Source: Callorhinchus milii (taxonomy: Eukaryota). From it: 64,000 nt of DNA. This document shows positions 36,186-50,210 of this stretch, piece by piece. The notes beneath the pieces are model-generated. The model worked only from the letters and a program-made list of their open reading frames with translations, ran no database searches and was not told the origin of the DNA. A program made the position numbers and the translations under genes. Location: contig NW_024704742.1 in the NCBI RefSeq assembly GCF_018977255.1, positions 130,574,001-130,638,000 on the forward strand, given 5' to 3'. Position 1 is the stretch's first letter, and each line of letters starts with the position of its first letter.

Positions 36186-37368
36186 TATAAAAGAAAACCC
36201 AACAAGAGGGCACAGGTGCAGCGTTGTAAAGGTCAATGCCAGGACACGCCCAAGAAAGTATTTCATAGAGGATAATTCGACTGGAATAGGTTCATTATCT
36301 TGGCATTCAGTTTAACCCTCAGCTCTTTCCTCCCTCACATTATGCCCCTTAACTGGAATTTTTTTTGTTTTGTTTTGTTTTTTTGCAGCTTCGCCACATT
36401 ACCCACCCTCCTCTGTCTTATCTGATGCACAATGCAGCCAAAACACTCATCCACACCTTTATCATCCACACGCTCGACTTTTGAAATATCCTCCTCGTCA
36501 GATTCCCCAGCTCTACAACTTCAGCCACCTAAATTCATATCCACACAAAGCTTTTCATTTCCATTCCCCATCCTTGCTCTGCTGGCTTCCTGTTTCCCAG
36601 CAATTGGTCTTCAAGATTATCTTTATCTCTCCTGCAAATCCTTTCAAGCTCTTCTACCATTGTACTTCTCCAGACTCACTTTCGTACTTACCCCTTACGC
36701 TGGCCTGCTTCGGATTCTTTGCTCCCTCTGTCTCACAATCATCAATGAGTCCTCAGCCACTTTGCTTGTAACCTCTCTAAACCTCTTCAGCTCATCCCTT
36801 ACTATCACTCGAAAGCCATCCTTAGAAAAAAAATGCTTCTTTGACTGTGCCTATGATCGCTTCTCTCCACACATCTGCTTCCCATCATTCCTACTCAGTG
36901 TCTGATTCTATTTCTATAAAATGCTCTAACATTACTCTATGTGAAGGGCACAAAATAAATCCCAAGTTGTTGAGTAGATACCATTATATTTATTTAAAAA
37001 AAACACTCAGCAACGTGTATGAAAAGAGAGGAATAGATGAGTGACAACAGGCTGATGGGGAGGAGAGTGTGAGATGTCTTGATATAATGCTATAATGTTT
37101 TGATCAAAAGAGAGATGAGGATAAATAGGAACCTTCAGCCTATTTGATTTCTTCTAGAATATTTGCCCTACCTCTTTCCCATTACAACAGCAAGCTGTTT
37201 CTCAAATGAGTTGACTGCCATTATCCTCATAGCCCAGTCTGGCAGTTGATTACCTACCCTCTATGCAAAGAAATACTTTCTGGGCGTGCAAAGAAATAGC
37301 GTGCAAAAATGAATTGGTGGTAAATAAGTGATGAGCTTAGTTCCATTCGGCATCTGTCTTCGTATACC

Positions 37369-37689
37369 GTGGAGTCCTGTAGCTCAGTGGTTAGAGCACT
37401 CGCTTTGCAAGTGAGAGACCTGAGTTCAATTCCAGGCAGGGTGAAACCTTGGGCAAGTTTCCTTACTCCACACGCCTAATAATAATCCCTCCAAAAAACC
37501 AAAAACAATAATTAAATTGGTCATTTTCAATCTACGACTGTTTGTGGGACATTGCTGTGCGCAATTGGCTGCCGCGTTCGCCCACAAATATACAGTCAAT
37601 TCACTTTACAGTGTGTTCTGTGAAGCGCTTTGGGACGTCCTCCTGACGTGAAAAGCGCTATATCAAATGCAAGGATTATTATTATTATT
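37369..37689 (+). mobile_element. Young full-length composite SINE abutting the DCAF12 exon 5 acceptor
   Basis: Near-identical to 17158-17481 and 53431-53750. Confidence 0.95.
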
Positions 37690-37701
37690 GTTGTTCTTCA
37701 G

Positions 37702-37895
37702 GTTCCAGGGATGGTTCCATGGGGTTGTGGGAAGTGACAGAAAACATACTAAACCAGACAGATACAAGCATGGATCCTACAAGAGTCCCCAGTTATGCAC
37801 ACATAACGCACAAGGCTCTGAGAGATATTCCCAAGGAACACACCAACCCCTACAACTGCAAAGTGAGAGCTTTGGCTTTTAACAACAACAGCAAG
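37702..37895 (+). CDS. DCAF12: DCAF12 coding exon 5 (G-SRDGSMGLWEV...NCKVRALAFNNNSK)
   Basis: Acceptor ttcttcag, donor AAG|GTTGGT, 194 nt, phase 1-0. In frame with exons 4 and 6. Confidence 0.95.
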
Positions 37896-38074
37896 GTTGG
37901 TGCTCATAATCTGCTTTTTAATTCTTTTGAAGAAGAAATAATTGCATTTTCTAGTAATCTATCCAGAGTTAGTCCTTTTTGTGTTTTATATCATTTCCAT
38001 TGTTCATCCCCCAGGCCTCCAACACTGCTATAAAGAAAGTGAACTTGTATTTTTTTCGTACTTTCTCTTATCAG

Positions 38075-38710
38075 GCGATCCCCAGGTTTCCTTTCTACCC
38101 TACATCTGTTCCCTGACCAGGACAGTTTGTTTTCACCTCCATCACATTGCCTGCCTCTGTCCATACCATACACCCACAGCAGTCAAAGCTTCCATACCTT
38201 CGTCACTTCCTCGCTGGTTTCCCCAGTTCCACCACACATGAAATACAATTAATTCAAAACTTCGACGCCTGGATACTAACCCTCACCAAACTCCAGCCCT
38301 CAATCCCAATTACCAAACGGATTGATTTCAAGATCCTCTCACTCGTTTTCAAATTCCTTCATGCCCTCACACCTCCCTACCTATCCGATTTGCTTACCCT
38401 CCACTCCACCACCCGCTGCCTCTGCTCGGCTGACTCCGGCCTCCTGTTTGTCCCTTGTCCCCTCCGCTCCACCATCGGGGGCCATGCTTGCAGCCACTAT
38501 GCCCCGAACCTCCGGAACTCTCTCCCTCAATCCCTCTGCCTAGCCCCCTCCCTTCGCACTTTCAGATCCCGCCTAAAGACCATTCTTTTTGATCGTGCTT
38601 ATGATCACCTCCCCACTCCCTCTCCCCTGGCTCGAGGTCATACTCCACCATTGTCAAGCTCTCCGGGACGCTACCCCATGTGAAGAGTGCTACATAAATG
38701 CAAGTTGTTG
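38075..38710 (+). mobile_element. L2 LINE 3' fragment
   Basis: RIDFKILSLVFKFLHALTPPYLSDLL...LKTILFDRAY. Confidence 0.88.
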
Positions 38711-38844
38711 AAATATCTCAAATTACTTTACAAGTAATTACAGTCAAGTGGAATGTCCTCCTGAAAGGCGCTTCACAAATGTAATTTGTTGTTTTTGTTC
38801 TGATTTAATATAATTTAAAAAAACGTGATCTTGCTCATTGCGAA

Positions 38845-39240
38845 GTATCAGCCTGGCTCATTTTTTAGCACTCTTGCCTCTGAGTTATTATGGGCTCAAG
38901 TCCCATGTTGGGACTTTGCTGACACCCCAATACAGGGCAAGCAGGTACATTAAACTGGCATCCCGTTTGCATATTCAGGTGCACTTAAAGATCCCCTGAG
39001 ACTGTTTGAAAAGAGAAGGGAGTTTCTCTCAATGTCCTGGCCAACAATCCCCAACTAAAATGTCATTATCAAATGCAAGGATTATTATTATTATTCACTT
39101 TATGGCTATTTGTAGAACATTACTGTGTGCATATTGGCTTCCATGTTCACCTACAAAAATACCATCACAACACTTTATAGTGAATCTTGTGAAAAGCATT
39201 GATAAGTCCTGACGAGAAAGCCACTGTATCAAATGCATTT
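38845..39240 (+). mobile_element. Older Deu-domain SINE, degenerate
   Basis: CACTCTTGCCTCTGAGT head, AAAGATCCC core and Deu 3' segment. Confidence 0.7.
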
Positions 39241-39429
39241 ATTCATGTTGCATGATTTGCATTAATTGAGGTGGGAAAATATTTGGTCTAGTGTGATGCA
39301 TAAAAAAAATTCACTAAGTTTAAAAATTGTCCAACTGAATCCAAGACTTATGTTGAATATCAACTATATTTTGTATAAACTATTGTGCTTCAGTTTGCCC
39401 TCAAATGTTTTTCTATTTACTGTTTGTAG

Positions 39430-39495
39430 GAACTTGGAGCAGTGTCTCTTGATGGTTACTTTCATTTATGGAAAGCTGAGGACAATTTGACAAAG
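39430..39495 (+). CDS. DCAF12: DCAF12 coding exon 6 (ELGAVSLDGYFHLWKAEDNLTK)
   Basis: Acceptor tgtttgtag, donor AAG|GTGAAA, 66 nt. Confidence 0.95.
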
Positions 39496-39935
39496 GTGAA
39501 AAAGCTGTACAAGTAATTCAAATGTTACATTTTTAAAACATTGACATAATCTTTTGTATTGACTGCATTTTGCATAAGAGCATAATCCCATTTGTTACTT
39601 GTTGTGCGTATTGAAGGGTGAACCCTAAATAAAATGAGTGTTAAATTATTTTTCAAGTGACGCTCGATTTAGAGGGATAAACTTCACACACATTCAAATT
39701 GGGTTGGAAGGTTTTTGAATTTCTGGTTGGGTGTCAGTTAGTCATAGTTCAAAGGCATCACAGCGCAAGTCACATAATCAGATTTATCTGTCTACTTTTA
39801 ACAACCTGTAAATGTACATTTTTCATCTTAGTAGAAATTAGTATGTAGAAGGCAAAAGATTAAAATAACTTTGTTTCCTCTCTCCAAAAATCAAGCAGTC
39901 AATCAAATACAATATTTTTTTTTCCCCCCCTCAAG

Positions 39936-40098
39936 TTACTCTCTACAAAATTGCCACATTGTCGAGAAAATGTCTGTCTGGCCTATGGGCAGGAATGGTC
40001 TGTATATGCTGTGGGTTCCCAAGCACACGTTTCCTTCCTTGATCCGCGGCAGCCTCAAAGTTACGTCAAGTCTGTCAGTTCCAGGGAACGAGGCAGTG
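39936..40098 (+). CDS. DCAF12: DCAF12 coding exon 7 (LLSTKLPHCRENVCLAYG...VSSRERGS-G)
   Basis: Polypyrimidine tract followed by tcaag acceptor, donor GTG|GTAAGT, 163 nt, phase 0-1. Confidence 0.95.
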
Positions 40099-43000
40099 GT
40101 AAGTTGGGTATCGATATAACAAGAAGTTTGATCAGTGGGTAAATGCACTGTGCGGTTTGGTACTAAACATATACAGCAGGAAGGACTGGTTTGGACAATA
40201 GTCTGTACTGAGGTATCTGATCTTGGGGGCGGAGGAGGGACAATAACAGTTGTCTTCATTATCACTTAGCTTGGAAAGGAGATGAAGGGAAACATCAGGT
40301 AGAATTCCCATGTCTGATCCACTGCAGACAGGATTGTAATTGGCTGTGATTATTCTGCAGATCATGGACTTGAAATTTAGAGGGATGTGATTTGGTCTTC
40401 ACAAACCCAGGGTTCAGATAGATAGCTTGCTGTCATTCAGAGCCTGTGGCCACAAATGAATAATGGCTATTTGAATGAGAGGTTAAAGTATTGTTGGAAC
40501 ACATGGAAATTACCCCTGATATGATTCACCACCTTCAGGAGTGGGGAAACTGAAAATATACTACCAAGTACCTTGCGCAGAGTGTAACATTATGATAAAA
40601 TCCCCACGTGTGAATGAGTAATAATGCATGGGAAAGAACTTGCAACTAAGTCTATGGGAGTTGATTGATCTTTGTCCCATCGTTGTTCGTCCGTTGATCT
40701 TTCTGACGACCAAGGAGTCATTAGATTGATAATGAGAAATCTCTTTGGGGTTGGTGCTTAATAAAAGCAATTACAGTTGCCACCTTCTCATTTCCATATA
40801 CAATCTGTTTTTCTCAGTTTCCGTGTTATACTGTGAGTCACAGTATTTTGTTCTATTTCCAATTTTAAACCAAACCAATGCTCAAGTTGGGACTAATTCA
40901 AGATGGTCCATCTGGATCTAGTGACAAAGGAAACAAACACTCAACATGAAATTGCCGGGTGTGTGTGGAATATTGCCATCCAGCTGTCCAGCTAATCAGT
41001 AACAAGTGCTCCACTTTGGTTTGTAAATACTCCTTTTTAAAAAAAATTCATAGATGTTGCCTCATGCTTCTTAGGCACAGAACAAGAGTATGGACTATTA
41101 AGTAGCTTGGGTACGTCTCTCCATTCTATTCATACCTCTCAACTATATCAGCCCACTTTTTTTTCTTTCTCCAGAACTCCCTACAGGATTTGGAGATCTG
41201 CCTTTTTGAGGAAAACCATGTTCCTTATATACCACATTTTCCATTTAGTACATAAACCAACAAAGGAGCAGAAAATAATTTGCCAAAGCACATGTATCCT
41301 TAGCTTCTCTTGGATGTCTTTCTAAAAAAAAACTTAAATTATCAATGGAATATTTTTAAATTATTATTTGCCATCAATGTATAAATGTAGAAGTAATGCA
41401 TAATCTACCATACATTTTGGAACCCTTTAGAATAAACTTGTTAAGAAATGGAAAACCCTTAAGAGTAAGAAATCCAGCTGCCTTTATTCAACTTATTGTA
41501 CATTTTGTACATCGTAAGAATATGAGAATTACTAGACGAAAGAAGACCAAAGTCCATCCAGTTCGCCTTCCTCCATCCTGGCATTCACACATCATGTCTC
41601 ATCAACGAGTTTATTTTCATGTTTTTTTTAAAAAAATGTTCCTTATATAGGCAGCAAAGCTTTGCAAGAAGAATCTTTTATATGGTTCCCTGAAAATAAT
41701 TACTGTTTGCTGGTACCCTGCATGACAATCCTTATTTATCTTGATTGATTTGAACGATCAATTGACTGAACTGTGTGAAGGATGTCATAATTTGTGATTT
41801 GCTTTCTGGAGGAAAGTTTCTTTGAGCTGACTGTGTTCCATTTAGTTTACCCGGCTGGAAAGTGCTTTCCATATATGTGGCTTGAGCATGTTTTGTGCAG
41901 AGTTTAATTCTGTTATTTGTTTACAACTCACAACAAATCCACAAAGTATCTGAATTTCTTTGGCAGTATTTTTAGAATGGATCTGTTTGGTTATCTTATA
42001 CCAACTGTTGTATTTTCTGACTTTCTGGGACTTCTGTTTCTCCTCTACAGTTTCCCAGCAGATCTCCAAAGCAGATCCACTTACCCCCTAAGCACTGAAA
42101 TGCTGTTTTGAATCTGTGCTCTGACTTCACAGATGGGTTGTGACCCAGCTTTGCAATAACTATATTTCAAGAATATATGAAGAGGAGTAGCCCATTCATT
42201 CAGTCAAGGGCATTCTGATCCCTTCACAATCCACCCCTCTTGATTCCAAGCCCCAGCACAAGTGCAAACCCTTTACTTTTCAGCGCCATGGGACATCCTT
42301 CTGACGTGAAAGGCGCTATATAAATGAAATTTTGTTGTTGAGTTGTGTACACTCCACACAACTCCCATAAAAAGGGAGCAGAGTGTGTTTTGTCACTGAA
42401 ATGTTATTGTACAATGATACGTGCCATAACAACTCAGTCATTGAGATGGTGGATGTTATGGCATGTACAATTACATTGTAAAATAAATGTGTTGTTTTAC
42501 TGACTGCCGGTTCTACCACAAGATAAAATTTTAAATGGTTAAAAATTCCAGAACACAAATGTGCATCCTAGTTAGGTTTCAGAGCAGAATGTTCCAAGAA
42601 CTCAATGTCCCTATAACAAGAGTATCTCATTTCTTTCTTGTGAACTGTTTCTTATATTTCCAAAGACTGGATGATTTGAATTATTATTGCAGCCAAGTGC
42701 ATCGTGTATGATGGAAAATCTGGTAATATGCTTGGTTTGGAGTAGAACTTGGAATTGTTCTTCAGAACTATCCTGGATGACCAAAACAATTTTGGTTTAA
42801 ACTTTGAAGATGACTTATGAAGTAATTATTACAATGCATTGGTGTCCTGACCTTATCTAGATATTTAATGTCTTCTAGCTGGAACATATAGTGATGAGGA
42901 GTGATATTGATAATTCTTGCTGAACTCCAGAACCTTTTAACTAGTTAACAGATCCTGTAAGAGTTCTCTCGTCCTTGTGACCTGGACCTTACTGGTGTTT

Positions 43001-43284
43001 GCACTATTGTGATTTCATAAAGCAATTGGAAAAAATGTCTTTTACACATGTTTTTAAGAAATTGGTGTTCAGATAAGCAAGGTCTCCTTAGGGCTGATGT
43101 GGCTCCAAGGTGGAAATGGAATATCAGAATCAAGCAGTGGCATTCTTGGTCAAGTCACTTCAAGATGCCATCTTGCGTGAAGGGTGCTATTTAAATGCAA
43201 ATTATTCCTGCAGTCTGGTTCCTGAGCCAGTTGGATCCACAGTACTCTGGCTTATTGGTGGAACTTGGGCCAGGGATTTTCACA

Positions 43285-45118
43285 CTCGGCTCCTGTCACT
43301 TCAAGGCTCGATTACGGGAACTCCCTCCTCATCGGCCTTCCCAACTCTTCACAGGCTGCAGATCATCCAAAACTCTGCAGCTCGTGTACGGTCACACACC
43401 AGGCTCCCTGACCCCATCACTCCCACACTCGCCTGACTCCACTGGCTCCCCATCCCTCAGAGGATCAAATTCAAGATCTGCGTCCTCACTTTCAAGGCCA
43501 TCCATGGCCTTGCCCTCTCTGACATGCTGACTCAACAACAACAACAAGATTCCATTTATAAAGCGCCTTTCACGTCAGGAGGACGTCCCAAGGCGCTGCA
43601 CAGTTGGGTCATGACCCGAGCAGGGGGGAAATGGTCAGGGTGAGGGGAGGGAAGGGAGGGAGCAAGGAGGGGGGAAATGGTCAGGGTGAGGGGAGCGAAG
43701 GGAGGGAGCGAGGAGGGGGAAGAGAGTCGAGAGGGGAGCTGAAGGCACGGTCAAAGAGAAAGGTTTTGAGACCGGCCTTGAAGGAGGAAAGGGAGGAAGC
43801 AAGGCGAAGGCACTGGGGGATGGAGTTCCAGAGCCTGGGGGCTGAGAGGCTGAAGGCCCGACCACCGATGGTAGGGCGGTTGGGGCGGGGGACGTGGAGC
43901 AGACCAGAGCCAGAGGAACGGAGGGTACGGGCAGGTAGGTAGGGGGATAGTAGGTTGGAGAGGTAGGAGGGAGCAAGGCCGTGAATGGCCTTGTAGGTGA
44001 GGATGAGGATCTTGAAATCAATCCTCTGGGGGATGGGGAGCCAGTGGAGGCGAGCGAGGGTGGGAGTGATGTGGTCCCGAAGCCTGGTGCGGGACAGTAC
44101 ACGAGCTGCAGAGTTCTGAATGACCTGCAGCTTGTGGAGGGAGGTGGCGGGAAGGCCGACGAGGAGAGAGTTCCCATAGTCCAGCCTTGAGGTGACAAAG
44201 GCGTGAACCAGGGTTTCAGCAGCGTGAGGGGTGAGGTAGTGCCGTAGTCTGGCGATATTCCGGAGGTGATGGAAGGCGGTGCCAGTTGTGGTGCGGATGT
44301 GAGGGAGAAAGGACAGCTCAGGGTCGAACAAAACGCCGAGGTTCCTGACTGGCTTTGAGAGGTGGAGAGTGCAGCCTTGGATGCTGATGGTGTCAGCGCC
44401 TGAGGTGCGGAGGCGCTGACGTGAGCCAATCAGGAGGGCCTCGGTTTTTCGCACGTTGAGCTGAAGAAAGTTGTCTCTCGTCCAGGACTCGATGTCGGAC
44501 AGGCAGCTGTCAGGACATCGGTGGTCGTGGAGTTGAGAGTAGAGGAGGAAAGGTAGAGTTGGGTGTCATCCGCATACATGTGGAAGTTAACTCCATGTCT
44601 GCGGATGATGTCACCGAGGGGGAGCATATAGAGGGTGAAGAGGAGGGGACCAAGGACAGAGCCCTGAGGGACGCCACATGAGACAGTACGGGGGGTGGAG
44701 GAGAAGCCATTCGTCGAGACAAAGTGAAGACGGTGAGAAAGGTACGACCTAAACCATTCAAGGACAGTGCCTTGAAGGTTGACTCCCTGCCAACCTGCCC
44801 GCTCCCTCCATTCAGTGGGCTCCAGCCTGCTCCATCTCTCCCGCCTTTCCCGCACTACCATTGGTGGACGGGCTTTCAGCCTCTCTGCCCCCACACTCTG
44901 GAACTCCATCCCATGGTCCCTTCGCCTCGCTTTCTCCCGTACCTTCTTCAAGGCCAGTCTCAAGACCCTTCTCTTTTATTGTGCCTTTGGGCTCCCTCCC
45001 ACCTCTCTGCCTTCCTCACCCCTACACCATCCATCCCCCATGCTCGGGCCCCGACACCTGACTGTTCAGCACTTTGGGACGTCCTCCTGACATGAAAGGT
45101 GCTCTATAATTGTGTTGT
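43285..45118 (+). mobile_element. Older L2 3' fragment split by the young antisense L2 (43285-43533 and 44780-45118)
   Basis: The left part ends ...FKAIHGL..SDMLT and the right part resumes [11 protein letters not shown]...LWNSIP. Confidence 0.85.
43533..44785 (-). mobile_element. Young L2 LINE, 5'-truncated (~1.25 kb) with the RT C-terminal half; one frameshift near 44507
   Basis: [17 protein letters not shown]...YADDTQLY, then KTEALLIG...RLHWLP...LKTFLFDRAFS. 3' stem-loop and (TTG)n tail. Confidence 0.97.
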
Positions 45119-45665
45119 CAACCTGCGAGCCAGGGTGATCTAGTTAGACAAGCAGCAGGAAGCTTGTTGGAAAATGCTTACAATCGCAACAGTAAGTAAT
45201 GCGGTTTTAGCCATTTAAACTCCAGCCGTACCCAAACGCACATTCTGGAAGTCTCCAAGTCTTGGCATTTGCCAACCTGTAACAAATACTTTCAGGGATT
45301 AGTTAAGCAGGTTGCATTCCTGTGGTGAGAGAGTGCACTTTCATCTAGATGGATTGAAATGTTCATGTCTAGGTGGCATGCATCTATGGAACTGTGCCTG
45401 GTTTGGACCTGCTTAAGCATGGTTTCTTCATGTGTCAGATACCCACAGTTGACCAAAACAAATTGGGTCAACTTGATCTCAAAAATGAAGCAACAATGTT
45501 AGTGACTACTGATTGCATGAAAACTAATCAACATGTGTTGGGGGGTGGAGGGGAGGAGAGTTGGCAATCCGATTGTTTAAACATTAAAGTTAAAATCAGA
45601 TTAAGACTGCTCTAATTCCTATTGAATATATGAAAGCAAAATTATATTCTGCCATCAAATGTTGA

Positions 45666-45905
<240 letters not shown>

Positions 45906-46624
45906 TGACAGATTTTGTTTCTTCAGCAACTTGCAAGAGGTGCACAGATATATTATGTATGTTTATTCAAATGTTCCTGAAAAAGCTGGTTTTGGCGGCA
46001 ATAGTTCATGGTAAAGAGAGAACATGTTTCAGGTTTGTTCGAATAGCTTGATACTACAATTGAGAACTGATTATCTCAATGAGACAGGCTACATTGTGGA
46101 TAAGCAAATGGTGCAAATAATTAGCACAACTCAATTTGCCTACAGAGCTAAGCAAACTGTTGCATCAGAAGTAATATTCTATGGCTAGAAACGCTGATGT
46201 AGTAAGAATTTAAAAAAGTTGAGAAGAAATGCATTACAAATGGAGTTGTTTTTAAATGTTGTGTAGCTGACTGATGGAGATCGCTCTGAGGCATTCAATG
46301 GCTGGGTGTGGATGTAAGAAGGAGGTTTTGTGTGTGTTATTTCTATTAACAGCTTATTTTTTTGGTGGGGAAAAACTGTAAATATCTTTCCTAAAATTCA
46401 CAGTTATAGATGCTGATAGTGTGGCTAACCTATCAACTCTGAGTCGCTAGTCCCACCCTCGTGTTCAGCTTTAGCCCTCTGCTGAGGAATGATCCAGTTA
46501 AGATTGCCAACTGCATGCATTGATTTTATGTAATGCCCTCATTCTATGTATCTGTACTATTTAATCATCAATGCTCTACAACCTGAGAAAGAATTAAAAA
46601 TTGTAATCTTTGAATAGCAAGCAA

Positions 46625-46878
46625 GATGACCGACTGGGGTTCAATTCCTGGGCAGTATGAAACCTTAGGCAAGTTACCTTACTCCACATGTCTGTTTTCC
46701 TAGCAGTAAGTAGGAACCCAATTGTTAGTCGATTGGCAGATTGCTTAGGGTAATAATCCCTCCAAAATAAATAATAATTGGGTCACTCAATCTATGACTG
46801 TTTGTGGTACATTACTATGCGCTTTGCCTACAAAATATACAGTCCATTCACTTTACAGTATATCCTGTGAAGCGCTTT
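46625..46878 (+). mobile_element. Long-subfamily composite SINE, degenerate
   Basis: B-box, CORE-like segment and GCAGTAAGTAGGAACCC segment. Confidence 0.8.
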
Positions 46879-47074
46879 TTTATATATAGTATACATACAT
46901 ACACACATTAAAGGGTCTTTCCATTCTAACATTTACTTTTTTCCACATAGGCAGTAACAGACGTACAGTACAATCCAATCTGGCTGCTTCTAAAGTTTGC
47001 TTCTAACCTTAATGACTAATTGGAATTGATGAATGATTTATCCTGCACCGTTAAGTTTTACCTGACTCTTCTGA

Positions 47075-47257
<183 letters not shown>

Positions 47258-50210
47258 TAATCCCCATGCCATGTACTGTATTTCCGGATCCTTCGCATTT
47301 TATCTCCTTGGTTTTCACACTCTGTGTAAATCCTTTCTTTCTGTGTTTTAGATATTGTGTGAAATACACAATCCTTTTTCTGTTTAAGCTGTATGACTGT
47401 CATTTACCTTTCATTTTTGCATCATTGTTCTTCGGTCTGTTTTCTTTTCACTTCTTGACATAAGTTTCTTACTGAAAATGTATGTAGGTTGAAACAGGTA
47501 CACTACTGATAGTGAGATAGGATCCTTTAATTATTGCGTGGCCACTACCAGATTTTCTGTGAAAGTTTGGAGGGGTTCAATGTGTGTAAAGGTACTTTTG
47601 TGTCAATTAAATACAGAAAACTAAATAATTGAGTCTGTGCAGGAGTGATGCATTACCTTCATATATATTTAAATACGTTGGTGTTTTTAGTTCATGTTTC
47701 TAGTAGATTTGTAATTCTACTTGTACTGAAGTGTTGAATGTTTTAAAAAATATAGGCCTAATGATGCCCAAAGAAATTCCTAAATTATTAATAAAGCTGT
47801 ATGAATGGACACTGTACATTTTTAAATTATAACTTCAAGATGTTAAGCACAAGTTAATGCTGGAGATTCAGTTTTGCCCTTGGCAGAAGAGTGAAATTCC
47901 TGTGTTTTTGGGAATCGAGTTTTAAATAGATAACTTTAAATCAGTATCGCAAAAAAAATCCTTGTTTATTAGACCTAGCCACTCTAGATAGCCATGTACT
48001 TTACAGTCTATTCTGTGAAGCGCTTTGGGACGTCCTCCCGACGTGAAAAGCGCTATATCAAATGCAAGGATTATTATTATTATTATTATTATTACTTGTT
48101 CACGAGCACTCCTGTTAAATGAGCATTAATTCAAATGGCACATTTTGCACTGACTTATTTCCCGTATGATCTACCTTTTTGAATTGAAGTGTTTGGTTAT
48201 AAAGAACAATTTTGATTGCTGCAGGGTATTCCAGTTAAACTTCTGCTGTACTGTTACTATGCTATGCTTTGATTTCTGCCTGACATTGGAGATGAGGGAA
48301 TTGTTCCCGAGTCATTATTTGATGGATGTTATATTGTAAAACTTGGTGCATAATCAGGCTTTATAGTAAGGGTTTTAAAATTGAAGTATTTTTGGAGTGT
48401 TGACTTAGGTAAATAATAATCCGTGATCAAACTTTTTTTTAAAAACAAAAACAACTTAATTGCACTCTCCTCGGTCTGTCCACTTCTCTTTTCTCCGCCC
48501 AAGTCCTATTATGCTTCTGGAGCAGCTTCTATGCCAATATAACAATCAGAATTTACCCCCTTTTTTGTATGTATACATGGAGTGCTGAAGGCTACAGTGC
48601 AGAAGTGAGATTCAGATTGTGCTGGAAGTTTTGCTATTCTCTGAACCTTTGCACAAAACTGTCTGTTATCCTATGTATAATGAAGCACTGATATGATTCA
48701 GCTCAACAACAATTAAGTTCAGTGCTAACACTGTAGATGGGATATCTGCACACTTTCACTGTTTGTTCAAGGAATTCTTAAGAGTAACTCACACACCAAT
48801 AAACTGGATGTTCACACTTTGGGATTCAGCATTAAAGAATCAGTTTAGAACAAAGAGGAACATAACTATATAAGAGAGAAAATATGGATGGAACATTTAT
48901 CAATTCGACAGGCTTCCAGTGCTTCATTAACTGGACTTAAGACCAATAGCTCTCATTAAGAACAGCAAGTCTGTCTTCAATCAATGATCCCAATACTCTT
49001 TATTTCTTATGTGTATCTCTTTATTTGATCTCTCCTACTTTAGCTAATCTCTTCTGACCTATGAGAAAATAAACCAAAAGTAGTCACTATTTTTATCAGA
49101 TACTTTTAAAACCATTGTGTATTTTATCACGCTACAGGGCCATGAATCTTAATATGTTTTATCTGTGTGGGTAATTAGTCTTGGAAATGATTACTATTTA
49201 TGCAATGGTGCTTTACAAATATTGTATCTTATTTTGACACCACTAATTAAGAATGCAAGTATCTGATTCCTTTTTAAGAGAGAATTGCTTCCACAGCCCT
49301 GTGGTGCTGATGAACACCCGATGAAATGGTGATGTAATGAAGACCCTAAATACCATTGGAACAGATTTTGTTTGAAGAACAAACATCTTAAGAAATGCTC
49401 ATGAAGGGGCAGGAATTCAGATTTTTCTTTTAAGAATTAGCTTGTTATATAGGCAGGACTGGAGGAGGTAAAGGGAGACAGACAAGGTGTGGATCCTGAT
49501 GTTCAGAGCTTTGTAACCATGGTTTTCTGGGGCTCGCAGGGAAATCTGGTAGCCGTGTTGTAAGTGTACTATGCGTTGATTTTAAATTAACTCACATATG
49601 TAAATGATGGGCTGCTTATCATGGCACATGGCCAAATATAAAATATTTGACTTGGAAACATGACTGTCGTGCCCACAGCCAGTAATAAAAGTTAATTTAG
49701 AGAATTGAGCCCAGTCAGACATGAAATGAAAACTTAGTCAAGTAGATCTACAGTTTAAAGTTTTAACTTGGTGCATTTTTAGGATGATTTTCATTTTTAA
49801 AATAATTCTGAAGGTATTAATTTTATTATGAAGGTATATTTGCATATATTTTGTAGTTTTTAATGCGACAAAAGTAACACTTTATATTTTTAAACTGAAA
49901 GGCCTAAAATTCTTTAATGAATATTTTTGTAAACCGTTCCTTAGAGTAGACTTGTTTCTTTGAATTATCCTTGTTCTACATATCGCTTAAATTTGTTCAG
50001 CAAATCAAAACTGAGTCTTGGGGTATATTCTCCCATGCATTCGTCAATCCAGACTTCCAGTGGACCAAGTACATTTGGAATTCTTGTGCCTTTAGCATCT
50101 GGCATTGTGTGTTAATCAACCCATTGCTTATTGGTGGAATATATTCAGAAAAACCAAGTTGCTGAGGCATGGGTATCTGACAACCACAACACAAGTAATA
50201 AACTACTTAG
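47258..50210 (+). other. DCAF12: Probable DCAF12 3' UTR with several candidate AATAAA signals (47790, ~48798, ~49068, ~49684, ~50196)
   Basis: AT-rich, repeat-poor stretch after the stop codon. The real cleavage site cannot be determined from sequence alone. Confidence 0.5.
47995..48094 (+). mobile_element. Young SINE 3' tail within the probable DCAF12 3' UTR
   Basis: CTGTGAAGCGCTTTGGGACGTCCTCCCGACGTGAAAAGCGCTATATCAAATGCAAGGAT(TAT)n, identical to the young copies. Confidence 0.9.

Noticed and set aside
37369..37445. tRNA-Ala(TGC)-like sequences (also 17158, 19430, 29484, 31864, 53431, 59720)
   Set aside because: They are SINE heads continuing into SINE body or head-flank sequence, with imperfect T and acceptor stems, not tRNA genes.
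40185..40560. Possible ancient LF-SINE-like element after exon 7
   Set aside because: The resemblance is from memory only and too degenerate to support without a profile search.
43681..44963. Reverse-transcriptase ORFs as a novel RT system
   Set aside because: They are an ordinary 5'-truncated L2 ORF2 with a frameshift and a standard LINE 3' tail.
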